Assembly (NCBI GenBank): GCA_016748015.1
Contig: JAAOMT010000040.1
Coordinates: forward strand, 248,001 to 312,000
From: Geosiphon pyriformis uo1
Taxonomy: Eukaryota; Fungi; Glomeromycota
DNA length: 64,000 nucleotides
Direction: 5' to 3'
The notes beneath the pieces were generated by a model. The model was given only the letters and a program-made list of their open reading frames with translations. It made no database searches and had not been told where the DNA came from. The position numbers and the translations under genes are program-made. Positions within the stretch are counted from its first letter, which is position 1. Each line of letters opens with the position of its first letter. This document shows positions 50,701 to 64,000 of this stretch, piece by piece.

Positions 50701-52426
50701 AGTCAGGTTGTGTATTAATCCGGTGAACAATTTTTTGGCTGGGATGGTGAAGATCTTTCTGGGCAATGAGCTTACTTTAGTAAACAACCTCCCCACTGCA
50801 TTTCGTAGTCCTGATCGGTTCCTGTTGTCCTCTGTTCTTGAAAAGTCTCTGTATTTTGATTTAGTCAAATCTCTTAAACGTTTTGGTGTTGCTTTTGGTG
50901 ATCGGCTTTTTAATAAGAAAAGTGTTTTGTTGGATTGGAAAACTTTTTGTCATTGGAAGAGGTTGGATCTGCGTGGCCTTGTGCCTCACTGGTTCATGGT
51001 TTCTTCTGAGTTTTTGAAAGGTCAGGGTTACTCATTTTCTGGTTCTGTTGGCTCTGCGGAAAAGCTTGGTTTGGACATTTTGGGGTCTGGGGAATTTTTT
51101 GCAGTTAAAGATGGATTGCATGACATTTGGTCAGGCTTTTTTGAAGTTTTCACGGATGGGTCTTTGAGGAATGCAGGCTCTGCTGAGGTCGCCTGTGGTG
51201 CTGTTGCATACTTTCCGGTCTTGGATAAGAGCATTGGTGTCGCTGTTCGTGGTCTTTTGTCATCTACTATGGCCGAGTTACAGGCTGTCACTTTGGCTTT
51301 GGAGTGTGTTCCTTCTTCAAGTACTGTGGTGTTATGTCTTGACAGCCAGGCTGCCATTGACGCATGTGTGTCTGAGATGTCTTTGGTTGCCCCTGATTTC
51401 CGTAATCAATGCTGGCTGGAAAGGCATCATATTTTCAATTTGGTCAGGGATAAGGATCTCAGCGTGAGTTGGGTTAAGGTGAAAGGACACTCTGGAATTC
51501 CTGGTAATGTGAGAGCTGACTTGGCTGCTGGGGCTGTTTCTGGGTCTTCTTTTTCCCTTTGTGCTGATGTGCGTAAACATTTTTTGGTTGCTGAGGGTGT
51601 CGCTGTTTCTGATAATGCCCGTCATTTTGTCAGGAATATTTTTCAATCAATTTGTTGTGCTCGTTGGGAAGCTGGACCTGGTTGTGATGTAGTTCTGGAT
51701 GTGATGATTGGTTGCATAGACTGGGTTGTCACAGCAAAGGTGTGGCATCCTGATTCTCATATGCTTGCTGGGTTCACTAACTGCGCATCCTTAACACTTC
51801 GCACTTATGTTATGAAGACTGTGCACAGGAGGTTGCCGGTGGCAGTAAGGAAGAGGTTGTATGATAAGTGCTATCCTAGTGTGTTGTGTTTGTTTTGTGG
51901 TGAGGTGGAGTTCTCTGACCACATTTTTACTTGTGTTCATGAGTCTGGCATTCATGGTGAGATTTTGGCAGAGGTTTCTGCCCGTTGGTCAGCTTTGGCT
52001 GGTGGTTCCCCTGCTTCTGCTGTGTTGCAGGTTTTGTCTCAATGTTCCATTGATGTTGGGCTGTACACTTTGGTGTGCAAAGGGTTTGTGCTGGAGGAGT
52101 GGTATGAGAAGGCTTGCGATGTTTTTGAGGATAGAAAGGTGGCCACTGCTCGGATTGTTGATTATGTTAAGTTTGTTGTTGGATTACATCATACTAAAGT
52201 ATGGTTGGCTAGAGCCAACCACCAGGTAGTGATGGAAAAGGCTGGTCTGGTCTGTGATGTTGGTGTTGTTTCTGGGCTCCCTTGTGATGTGTCTTCGGTT
52301 TTGTCTGATGGTGTTGTGAGATTGCTTGGTTTGGCCAATTCCTTTGCTGTTAGCTTTGGTCATCGGAAGCCTTATTGTTTCTTTTCTGGTCTGGGTGGCA
52401 GTGTGCGGGTAGTTATAGATGTGTAG
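47759..52426 (+). pseudogene. LINE ORF2: AP endonuclease, RT, RNase H, C-terminal Cys/His motif
   Basis: TCNVWGIN, TETK, GDLN, IDYIF, TDH; QDMRKAYDSV, GLDQG..SPLL, FVDD, YLGI; FTDGS, AELQA, DSQAA, VKGHSGIPGNVRAD; CLFC..HIFTC. Several stops and frameshifts. Confidence 0.93.
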
Positions 52427-52965
52427 TGTTGCCTTGTCTGGCCTGAGTGGCTAGCCACATGTAGAAAGTGCATGAGTCGCGTTTAGTTTGAGCCTCTTAG
52501 TTTGGTTCTATGTACTAAATAGCGATTGGGCTGCACTCGTTAAATGTGTTAAATAAAAATAAAATACAATACATAATTAATTATCTAATTAATTAAAACT
52601 ATTTTATATTAAACATAAAAAAAACTTTGTGATTTTATTTTTAATTTTTAATTTTTAATTTTAAAAAATTCCAAAAATTATTATTAACAAAATGTATTTT
52701 TACTTACAAAAAGACCTGTTTTATTAATTGTTTTTTATTATTTAAAAACCTAATTTAAATTTATTTTTAATTTTTAAATATATTAATAATTAAACTGACT
52801 ATATTATAATATTTATAATAATACTAATATTTAAAAATTTTTTATTAAATATAAATTTTAATAATAATAGTATTAAAAAAATTTTTAATTTAAATATAAT
52901 AATAATATATTTTTAATATTAATTAAAATTAATTAAATGAAAAATAAAACAAACTTAATTATATA

Positions 52966-55900
52966 TTTTTTTATTATTATTTTAATAAGTAAAGTCCAAC
53001 TACTATTTAATATATAAAACTAAACTAAGTGGCTTAAACTAAATGTGACTTATACTTTTACTATATGTAATTATTCATTTAAGTCTGATAAAGCAATATT
53101 AAACACTTATATTAATATATATATTATTTTTAAACCAAAAAAAAAACAGTTTGCATTTACCAAAACTAATTATAAAAGATTTTATAATACTAAAAAACTA
53201 AATTATATTATTAGATAATATAAACACCATGTTATAAGACAAATCTAATATCAAATCACTATTTTTAACCAATTCAGCTTTTTTTATATTCATTTATATT
53301 TGGATTTTATAAGCTATATTTTAATACAATATGACTTTATTAATTGCTTTACATATTCAACAATAACAGAAACAACTTTTTTTTATTATTAAAAACTATA
53401 ATAGTTTTTGCATATTAGTTTTTTAGCACAAATTTTTTGCAAATTACTGTATATAAGCCCATATTTAAAGAACACTTGAAAAATATTTACAAGACAACAA
53501 AAAAAGATAGACTACAAATATCTACCAAAAAAATTTATTATTTAAAAGTTTTTACTAAGATTTCTTCTTAAATATTATTATCTTTAACACAAGTAAAAAC
53601 ATGATTTAACAATTCTACTTTATTATACAGTAAATATAATATACTTAAATATGTTTTATTATATAATTTCTTCCTAATTGTTATTGACAGTTATCTATAT
53701 ACTGCTTTTATTAAATATGTGCACAAATTAGCAAATCTTTTATTAGTAAATTCAGAAAGCATATATAAATTAGAATGTTAAATCTTTGTAGTAATCAATT
53801 AATTTACCTCTTTAATTAGCATATTTAGAATTATATTATAACTAAAGTCTTTCTATTGAGCACAACAAATAAATTTGTACAAACTATAAATAAAATAATA
53901 AATATTGTTAAATACAGCTGTGTTTTTAATTATTATAAAACATTTATACATCTCAATTAGTAAAAAAAAAAAGTAAGCAGTCTCATCTATTATTATATTA
54001 GCTTTAACATTGCTTAAGATTTTTGAATAATCTTTAATTTTTATCTAATAACAAAAAGATCTTTGTTTTTGATTAGATTAGCAATATGTCTTCTTTTTTT
54101 CAATATTAATTATGAAAGTTCAGTACAACAAACAAAATCTTAGCTATACATGTATTAATAATAGTTTGACTATTTAGATATAAGATTACTGTACAAAAAA
54201 ATAAAATATATTTCAAAAACAAAACAACAGTTTATAATTTGGTCATTGTAAATAACAAAAATCTATGCATTCTAACACCAATACTTATATTTACAACAAA
54301 AAAATAAGCAGCTGTTTTACTAACAATCTTAGCAAACCAGCATATTTTAAAAACTTATTTGTATAAGCCACAATAGAATCAAACCAAACTTCATGTAAAC
54401 ACCTTCACATATTGAAAAACTCTTTAGAATTCAAAATATTCAAGCCATATAACTCATTAATATTGGCAAAATTAACTATTAAAAAACTTTTATTACACAA
54501 AAACTTTAATGTTAACTCAAACCAGTAAGGTATAAGGCTCTTAAAATCCAATTTTTTTATTAATAAAACATCTTCTAATTTATTATATTACTTTTTTTGT
54601 TCAAAAGTCTGTTATCAAAACCACTTTAAGAAATAAACAGAACTATAGTACATGGCTTTTCTTAAGATATCTAACATCAAAAATTTATTAAAACAATAAA
54701 ATACATTGAATAAATTGTTTATTAATGATAAATTATTGTCCAAAAATTTTTTATTACTTTAGCCAAAAAATTGTTTACAAAATTAATACACAGCTTGACA
54801 AAAAACTACAAAAAATTCAAAAAAATTTATTTCAAAATCTGTAAATTCCAAAATCTGTGATTTAACAAATGTTTAAAATATTCAAAGCATTAGAAAAGGT
54901 AATCAATAAAACCAACTTTTTTTTAAATTGTACTTGCTCAAAGAGTTTCAAATTATACAAAAAAAAATAATATAAAACTTTATTAAGAAAGTTCTATAGC
55001 AAATTAATCTTAGTTTTAAGATCTTTTTTAATTATTATATTTTATTTATAATATATACTTAATAAGACAAAACTAAATTACAACTGGTAGTTAATTATAG
55101 ATTATAAAACTGCTAATACCAAATAAAAAAATTGCTTATCTATAATTGTTTTTTTAATACTACATTGGAAAAAAACTTGATATTAATATAAGCTTAAGCT
55201 ATATTAGACTTAAAAAATTTTTAATTAACAAAAAAATTCTCAGGTACTTATATAATTTATTCTTCTTAACAATTAAAATAAACAAGCCATTGATAATAGT
55301 AAAACAGTTTTAACACTCTGGTTAATAAAAATAGAAACCATTTTTTTATTATTAATTGAAATATTATTAATACTAAAAAACTTGCTAATAATATTCAAAA
55401 TATATTACATAGAAGTTTGACAACTTCTAATTTAAATTGTATTATTAATAAAAATATTAGCAGCAAAAAAAAGTGTCTTTTCTCTATTATTCTTGATTCT
55501 GTTAGTCTTGGCCACAAATCTAGTATCAATCTAGTATTTATACAAATGTTTATGTTTTTTGACTTTACATAAAAAAAATCATAAAAAATCTTATAAAAAA
55601 AAAAAGAAAAAACTTTATCTTAATCTAATTTATCTGTATTCTATAACTATTTAAAAACCCAAAATTAGTTATTATTCTATTAATTTTGTTTCCATATATG
55701 TTGCTAAAAAACTCAAAAAACTGACTGCATATTTTAATGTATTGCAAATTAGTCTTCAAATAATGTTATTCTATTAAATTATAAACTTTATACATATTTT
55801 ATAAGACCAACTAAAGCTCTTTATTTTTTTTTAGAACATTTTTAACAACTAATTTAATAGTAAAAATAGGAAATTAAGTTGAAGTACTTTTTAATACCAA

Positions 55901-56573
55901 AAAGTTATTATTACAAAAAATACTAAATTTGCTACATGTAAAAAAGATCTAATTAGAGAAAATTTTAGATCAAATTTTTTTTGTTATCTTAATTAACACA
56001 ATAAGTTAAGTGTTTATTAAAATGCCATCTTATTCATAAGACTTGAAAATTATTAAAACTCATACTTTTTTTTAAGAAATTAGAATATTAACTAAAACTA
56101 AATAAGAATTCAACAAACTTAAAAAGCACTTTAATATAACTTTATTATAATGCTTCTAAAGTTTATTTGGAATACCAGACAATCCAGCAGTCTTACTACC
56201 AGACAAATTATCAACTACCAAAACCAATTTATTCAAGTTAATTTTCTTTATTATACCAGAAAATGCATTATTATTTATATAATCTAAAAGCAAATATTAA
56301 CAAGATAAAAAATCAAGCATCTTTAAAAACAAAGATTTCTTTCTTGTTTATTTTTTCATAATTTTATCAACCTTAAATTTTATCTTATTAAGTTCTACAA
56401 CCAATTTTTCTCCAATTACCAAATAATTTAAAATAACTTTGCAAAAAAGTTATTTTAAAATACTTTTTATTATTTGTCTCTTATTAAAGCAAAAATTCCC
56501 TATATGCTGTTTAATAGTCTTTCTGATTTCCACAATCTTTAATGTTTTTAACTTATATTATCTAAATTTTCAA
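52966..56573 (-). mobile_element. Decayed copy of the same LINE family (3' 3.6 kb), tail-to-tail with the first, cut by element E
   Basis: 52966-53105 is the AT-converted reverse complement of the LINE 3' UTR (52422-52563); 56370-56570 matches ORF2 near 48950-49145 (ENFCSDK..IRSVLE.PF, LVLLPEEVKSSVD region). Confidence 0.85.
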
Positions 56574-59137
56574 TGTTATTTATAGAAAATAAAAGTTATA
56601 ATAGTTAGATAAAAGCCAATTAAAAGTAAGCATAGTAAAAAAAATTCTAAGATTCTTAAAAAATTTCAAGATTCTAGAATTTTAGAATTTTTCTTAAAGA
56701 ATTAAAAAATTTTAAGGAATTTTATATAACAGAAATCATATATATAGCAGTAATATTAGAAGCAAAAAAAAAAGACAAACAAGTTTTAAGAAACAAATAA
56801 TTAAATACTTTTTTTTTCAAAAATTAGTTTTCTATATCTTAAAATAGAATCATTTAAATATTAAATAAAATTATTATTTTATTATCCAATTTATATTGTC
56901 TATATTATTGAATTAACATCAATATTTTTCAACTCAATTAGCAACTTATACTAATAATACCTACTACTTAATTATACTAAAATAATAGCTCTTAATTATA
57001 GCTATTAACAGAATATTAATTTTTTATTTTTTTTTATTTTTTTTTATTTTGTTTCTTTGTTGTTTACTAATTGATTAAGAAATTAAGTACTGAAATATTA
57101 ACATTAAGAATAGTCTGGTAAAAGACCTATAAAACAAGTGTAAAAACTTAAGAATAACTTATTAAAAAAGCATGACTGTTAGATTAAACTGGCCTCTATA
57201 TTAAAGAAAAAAATTCAGAAAAATATTATTAAGTAAATTTTTGTCTATTATACAAAAAACTCAAACAAAACTTCCAGATTACGAAAATCTTTGAAAATTA
57301 ATATTATAATTAGATATTAAGCACCAAATTACAGATTTGTTATTTATTTTAATACTCTAAATGATTATCTGTAATATTTAATGCTTTTTGTAAAGTATAA
57401 TTTAACAGAGAACAAAACACTATTATCAATTATTCAAAAAAGTGGCAGATTTAAAAGTTATAGGAGTAAATCATTTGGAATTTGTAAAATTTTTGTTTTA
57501 ACAATATTAACAACAATTGGAATTAACCAACAATTATTTCTCAATAGAATTAGCATTTAATTTTTATGTCAATAAAAAAATTATACATTTTTTAAAAAAA
57601 CAAGCAGATTTCGAATTAGCAAAAAAAAATTTTTACAAAAAATTACTTTAATACTTAGTTTATTACAGAATTACAATTTTATTTTAATTATTACTAAAAT
57701 AAATCGTAAAATTGAAAAATACATTCAGTAAAAGTTTTTAATTACATTTACAAACAAAAACAAAAACATAATATAAACATCAGCAAATACATTTAAAACA
57801 ATACAATTATCTAATTAGAAACCCAAAGTTATTTTTTTATTATATTTATTTTATTATTATATATTAAGAAGTATTATTAACATATTATCAAGATTTATGT
57901 TATTATTGACATCAAAACCAATCATTACAAAAGTCTTATTTTAAAACAATTAGGAGAAATCCAAACTGTTAGGAAACTACAGTAATTATTTTGAAGAATT
58001 TAAGTTGTAATTAACAATATCATTAAGATTTTAATTACTGTTATTTTAACCTAATTTTAGATTTATTAGTAATTATGCAAACACTAATTCAAAAAAAACA
58101 GTAATTAAGAAAATAATAGACAAAACCCAATTCCAAATAAACTGAATATACAAACTCTAATTGTTTAAACTTAATAAAATCTAAACAATTTAAACTCTAC
58201 TTTTATTATTTAACAAAATGTATTTTTAGTTATCAAAATTAATTCACTACTAATTGCACTAATAGTTATTTTTTAATAATCATAACAACAATTACTCACA
58301 TTAATATTATATATATTAATTGCCAAATTAAAGAAGTTTACTAATAAAGAAAACAATATCCAAGTTTGGCTAAACAATATTGCAAAAACCATTATAGTCA
58401 ATAACTGAAATAATATTAGAACTTTTCAAGCAATTTTATACTTTTTATAAAATATTGTCAATTCATAGTATTAGAGTTTTACAAACAAATTTAATAACTT
58501 TAATACATTTAAAACTCTTTTTTTACAGTATTTTAGCAATTATAATAGCATTAATTGCCTATTAACTGGCTTTACTACTATTAAACAAGATAACACTAAA
58601 ACAGTTATTACTTATTTAAAATGTTTTCATAGAAACTTGTGCCAAATTCAGATCATTAATACTGACTATTTTATAGTATCTTAGATTTTAAATCAGTTCA
58701 TTTGTAAACTATACAGTAGTTTTCTACAACAAGTATGTTTATTATATTTAAATACACTATAAAATACAGTTACCTATGTTAAAAATTTTGAATTAGCTAA
58801 ATTTAAAACCAATTATACTTAAGCTATAAATCTAATAATGAATAAATTATTTGAATTGGATTTCAAACTAAAACAGTTTAATAAAACAATTAACCAGAAA
58901 ATAGAAAAATACCTAATTAACAATCAAGCAATTTTATAAGTTTTTTTAATGTTATAACAATTTAGAAAACTCCAATTAGTTTCAAAATTAGTTACATTTA
59001 TCATTATCATCAACAAATCAACAATGGCCATAAAAAATACATATCTGCTACTATTATTATAAACAAAAACATATTAAAACAGACTGTTATTTAAGAATGA
59101 ACAGTTTATAATCAATAAATTAATATTGAAATTCCAA
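56574..59137 (+). mobile_element. Element E: decayed B-family element; 5' LTR (56574-57376), PBS relic and gag only
   Basis: TGTTATTTATAG start, LTR collinear with B, TTTAATGCTTTTTGTAAAG PBS relic, AAAAGTGGCAGAT gag start, gag homology up to the zinc knuckle. Confidence 0.85.
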
Positions 59138-60117
59138 TGTTATCAGAGGTTTTTGGTCTCTTTTCTTGAATGTTGTTAATATTGGTTTGCTGTGAATTCA
59201 CGTTTCCAGAAAGTAGTTGGACCTCCAGTAACTGAATTTATCTTCAAATTATCTCCTATAATTTGAACTGCTGGACTTATAAGTGGAATAGCCAATTTTG
59301 TGCCAGTTACTTTATGTAGTTACATTGTAGTAAATATCAACTTTTTCCTAAGAATTGCTTGTCTAGAAGCTCACTAAAAATGTGTAGTTACTTTGCTGTG
59401 AAAGTCAACTCTTTTACAGGAATCTTGTCTGTAGGCTACCCTAATGATTGTAATAAGAAAAATAAAGAAAATAAAGGAAATGTAAAAGAAATGGGATTTT
59501 ATTAAGAGAAACGTTTTCTATCCAGGCCTGGAGTCATTAACAGTTTACTGAAATTGGTAGCTAATTAATTTCAAAATGTTAGTTGGGTTTTTGAGGATTT
59601 TCTAAGTGCAATAATTAAAGAATTTGGTTTTTTGAATTTATTTGATATTTATTTCTTTTTGTGTATGTAGGAATGGTTCTCAGTGATAAATCTAAAGTAA
59701 GATACATTTTTTTAAAGAGAAAAGCTCTTTTTTTATACAACTTGTCATAACACTATTTTATGAACTTGAACTTTGCTATTTTCTACAATTTTGCTGAACT
59801 AAAGATACATTTCGGCAAACTACAAGTTATTTCTGCAAACTATTAGATATTTTAGTGAACTATCAATTATTTTGGTAAATTTCTACAAATTTCGGTGAAC
59901 TTTTTGAATGTTACATAGTTTGGGGTATTGCATAATTGATCATTATAATTGAGTCACATTTGTGTTTTGTACAAATTGGGTTATTAATTAAATGATAATT
60001 TTGGATATTTTGCTAATGTAATAAGTGATAATTTAAACGATAATATATGCTAATTAATGATAAGAATTATAAAGATAATTTTATGCTAAATAATATCTCT
60101 AATTTTGTCTGGTAACA
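59138..60117 (-). repeat. Solo LTR G (980 bp) of another family
   Basis: TGTTATCAG...CTGGTAACA termini, ~20-bp ATTTCGGYGAACT-type array at 59760-59900; orientation inferred from motif order; flanks do not form a TSD. Confidence 0.75.
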
Positions 60118-63100
60118 ATGTGGAGGATAAAAAGTTGGTCCAAATTAGGTTGCTTGAGAATTGGTTCAGTAACAAGTTTTTCTTTCAAAATTTTAAAAGC
60201 TTTTTGTTAATGAATACTCCAGTAATAATTGACATTTTTCCTGAGTAGCTGATTGAGAGAAAAAGCAATTTTGAAGAAATCTTTGATAAATTTGTGATAG
60301 TAAGAGGCCAAACTAAAAAAAAAGCGTAGTTTAAGAACATTCATTGGTTGTCTAATGTTCTGAACTTTTTCAACTTTAGCTAAGTCAGGAAAGATTCCAT
60401 CTTTTGTAATAAGATAACCAAAGAACTAGATGAATTGGTGTTTAAAAAAAGATTTAATTGGGTTGATCTTAAAACCAGCATTTCTGAGCAGGTCAAAAAC
60501 CTTCTGTAAATATTCAAAATGTTTATTCCAGGTTTTTGAATATAATATTATGTCATCTAAGTAAACCAGAACAAAGTTTTCTTTTACTGATTCAAACACT
60601 TTATCTATTAGGCATTGAAAAATGGGAGAAGCATTGGTGAGACCAAAAGACATGACTGTAAATTCATAAGTGCCATACTTGGTGATGAAGGCAGTTTTTT
60701 TTCTGCTTTTTGGATCCATCTCTACTTGCCAGAATCCAGCAGTTAAGTTAATAGTTGAAAAGAAAACAGCATCATTAAATTTATCTAGCATTGTATCAAT
60801 TTTGGAGAGTGGGTACATGTCTCTTAAAGTGATGGCATTTAGTTAGTGGTAGTCAACACAGAAGTGTAGAATTCTATCTTTTTTAAATATCACTACAACT
60901 GAAAAAGCCTATTCACTCTTGGTTTCTTGTATGAATCCAAGATCTTTCATCCTGTTTATTTCTTTTTTAATAAACTCATCATTGTGTTGATTGAATTAAT
61001 AAAGCTTCAAATAGATAAGACATATTTTTTTGGTGGTGATGGTGTATTGTATTATATGAGTTTGTCCAAGAGTGTTGCTTTCTTTTGAAATAACTGGGCT
61101 ATTTCTAGCCAACAGATTTTTAATGTCTATTTTTTTTCTTCAAGAGAAGATTTTCTTTGTTTTACAACTAGTAATTGAATTTCAGGTGGTTTATTCTCAA
61201 AGGATTTTTGTACTTCCTTTAGTTCTTCTCTGGGTATCAAACTAATTGGCTCCCAATCTTTGTAATAGATTAAGCAGAACTTCTATTTATCACTAAGGGA
61301 ATACAAAGGTTTATCACACCAGCACCTGGCACAAGGACCATATCACCAATAGCTATATTTGGCTTTTTTGTCAGGTTTTCTATCAAAGGTTCTTTTAAGA
61401 ATATTATAGTAGGACCAGCAGATCAGCTTGCTATTTACCATGATTTCTTCTTTGTTAGCTTTAACATTGTCCAGTGGCTTGCTATTGCTGGTAAAGATAG
61501 TATAAGTGAGTTCAACAGTTTTTTTTTGTTCTTCTTGATCTTCTTTATCATTGTTTTCATCATCATCTGATTCATCTGATTGTTTTTCTTCTTGGTTCTG
61601 TTTGGTTACTGGAGAAGTTGTCCAATAATGGCATTTAACCACAATGGGTTTTTCACCACATCTGATGGTTAGTTTGCAAAGTTCATAGTTAAGTAGTGCT
61701 TTGGCTTTTTTAAGCCATTTATTACCAACAATGATAGTATACTTTTTTGCTTCAGATACTTCCATGTTTGTTTTGATGCTGATACCATTGATGTGAACAG
61801 AAACAGCTTTGGCTATATTCAGACCTTTTTTTTTGTCACCATATACATTGGTCATAGACCAGATGGAAGGTTCATCAATCTTTTTTCCAATGATTTTTAG
61901 AAAATATTTGGCAATTACACTAACAGATGATCTACTGTTTAGAATCAAATCAATAAAGTAGCCAACCACTTGGGCTTTGCAAATCAGAGGAGTAACATTG
62001 CTGTTGTCAGCAAGTCCAGCTTGACAAAGACATTTATTGGTTTTTGGTGTCTTCTTCTTTGATATTAATGATTTGCGAAGATCTTTTCTGAACTGTAGAT
62101 GAGTTATTAGTTGGCCAAATGTAATGTGTGCTGGGGTTTTCATAAGATTTTTAACAACAGAATAGGGGCCAGATTTTTGTACTATTTTTGGAGGTTCCAA
62201 CTTTGAAAGATTTTTAAAAACTTTAGTCTTTGGTGGCTCATTGTTGTCAACAGTGGAAGTTAAGACTTTGTTGGAATTTAGAATGAAATCAACCTTGGCT
62301 TTCTTCTTCTTTCTTGTCAAGTCAGAGTTATTAATTGTCAGTTTATTTATATTATGGTCATTATTAGTTAGGTTAAAAGCGTAAAAAGAGTTTTTTTCTG
62401 GTTGGCTTGTACTCTTACCCTTTGGAGGTGCGCCTACTAGTTTAAAGGCTAATAAACAATAGCTTCAACTAAGAGATTTTTTTCAAAAAAATTGATGTTG
62501 GCATGATTGGTTCTTTGATTGGGAACATTATTATTGTTGGGTCTGTTATTCTGGGTGTTATTATTTCTAAGAGCTGGAGAGAGCAATAGAGGATTGTTGC
62601 AGTTTTTGGAAAAGTGTTCAGTTAGTTCACAGCAATAGCACACAGGTGGGCCATAATTTTGTTGTCTTTGATATGATGGTTGTTGGGGCTGATTGAAGCA
62701 GGATTCAAATCTGGATCTTTGGAGTTGCTGGTTGTCTCTGATTGCTTGGGCTAATAGTTCTAATAGCCAAGCAAAGTTAGCAGTAAGTTTGTCTATTAAT
62801 TGTTCATTGGGGTCTTGAATATGAGTGGCAAAAGAAGTAGCAGTCATTTGTGAAGCTGAAACCATGGCAAAAGCAGAAGCAAAAACTGGAAGAGTAGATC
62901 CCAGATGTATTCTTTGGTTATCTTCTATTTTCTGGACAAGTTCAATAGTCATATCCATTGTGGGATTATTTTTTAAGGCCAGAAAGAGCCAAAGAGCATA
63001 TGATAGATTAGTTCTCAGTCTTTTTGTGAAGGAATGTATTTTCTGCTTTTCTGTCCAATTTTTTCTAAAGTCTACTCATTTAATGAGTTTTTTTATTGCT

Positions 63101-64000
63101 TTGGCATATTTTATCACAATTTTATCAGAGTCTTGAGTTCTTTTTTCCAATTCTATGCACCATTTGAATATTAAGATAGGAGTTCTAAATTTTGTTTCAA
63201 ACTGAATAGTAAAAGAGGTGTTATTTTCTCCAGCATTTGTTGATATTCATCTAATGATTTTTTGCTGGACATTAGTATTGGTTTTTTGTAAGAATTAAGT
63301 AGCAGAAAAGCCTTGAAGGTAGCCACCAATGATTTGAAACTTGTATTCATTATCATATTGGTTTGCTGTGACAGCTCTCTCAAAATCATCCAGCTATTCA
63401 ATTGGATCTTGGATATCACCTCTGAATAATAATAATGGGGTGTTGTTTTTTCGCCCTAAAGCAGTCAGCAATCCAAATGTGAATTTGATAATTTAGATAT
63501 TCGAAATCAGAGGGCTGTTGTTTAAAGATTGTAGAATATAAGAGCTGATTGATACTGTTGTTCTTTTCTTTAAAGTTGTCTTCAAAATAAGCTTGGTCAA
63601 AGTAATAGGTTGTATAAGCTGTGTAAGTTTTAGCTGAATGCTTGTTCAGAAACCAGTTTCAAAAGTCTTGGAATTGTTTACTGGATTGTTCTTTAATGGG
63701 GAAGCAAATCAAGCAAAAGGGCAAAGGATTGAGTTTAATAAAGTTTAGATCTTTTTTGTTGTGTGCTTCAAAGTGTTCTTCTGATTATTGTGGTAAGTAT
63801 AAATAATCACTCATATAATAGGAAACAAAGTAGATTTTGACAATTTCATAGAGAGCACCACTTTTATGTTACAAGTTGAAGTAACAAGCTAATGGATAGC
63901 AAAGGAGAACAAGATTGTAGGATAATGAAAGGAATCAAAGAGATTTCAACTTCAAAGAGCAAATTGAATAAGTATGGATTCAATGTGCAAGATCAGTTTC
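60118..64000 (-). mobile_element. Element F: different Ty3/Gypsy family without dUTPase; LTR from 63867, PBS 63846-63860, gag, protease, RT, start of RNase H
   Basis: CYCCELTEHFSKNC knuckle, LILNSRSSVS protease relic, YPLSKID, LTAGFWQV, VYLDDIILYS; truncated at FILH by LTR G. Confidence 0.88.

Larger units (their letters stand above)
45667..52563 (+). mobile_element. Full-length non-LTR retrotransposon (APE-RT-RNase H LINE), inactivated
   Basis: TSD ATACAATACA at 45657-45666 and 52564-52573, A-rich tail, two ORFs overlapping at ATGA. Confidence 0.95.

Noticed and set aside
47105-51646. Long antisense ORFs within the LINE
   Set aside because: Expected from the strand skew; no recognisable motifs.
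59760-59900. Repeat-spacer look of LTR arrays (also 25668-25755, 19178-19372) as CRISPR
   Set aside because: Units are 10-23 bp, degenerate, inside LTR U3, in a eukaryotic context with no cas genes.

Overview
Eukaryotic, AT-rich, transposon-dominated window. By resemblance only (no database search) it looks like an early-diverging fungus of the Glomeromycotina/Mucoromycota type. Positions 1-38083 are a nest of four related Ty3/Gypsy-type LTR retrotransposons. Old element C (+) carries A (-) in its gag and D (+) in its 3' ORF, and B (+) sits exactly in the YLDD motif of A's RT. All four share an unusual layout: one Gag-protease-Cys-rich-dUTPase-RT-RNase H frame that stops right after RNase H, an integrase in a separate ORF with its own ATG, then a third unknown ORF ending at the PPT. 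Gag appears to start at a conserved GUG. Next come an almost pure-AT relic tract, one intact two-exon host gene with a MIT-like domain (42915-44236), a full-length APE-RT-RNase H LINE with TSD (45667-52563), an inverted decayed copy of that LINE family, and a second nest (E, solo LTR G, F). All repeats show graded C:G>T:A hypermutation, including non-CpG sites. Seven 20-N gaps with duplicated flanks scramble element D and part of B; these are assembly artefacts.
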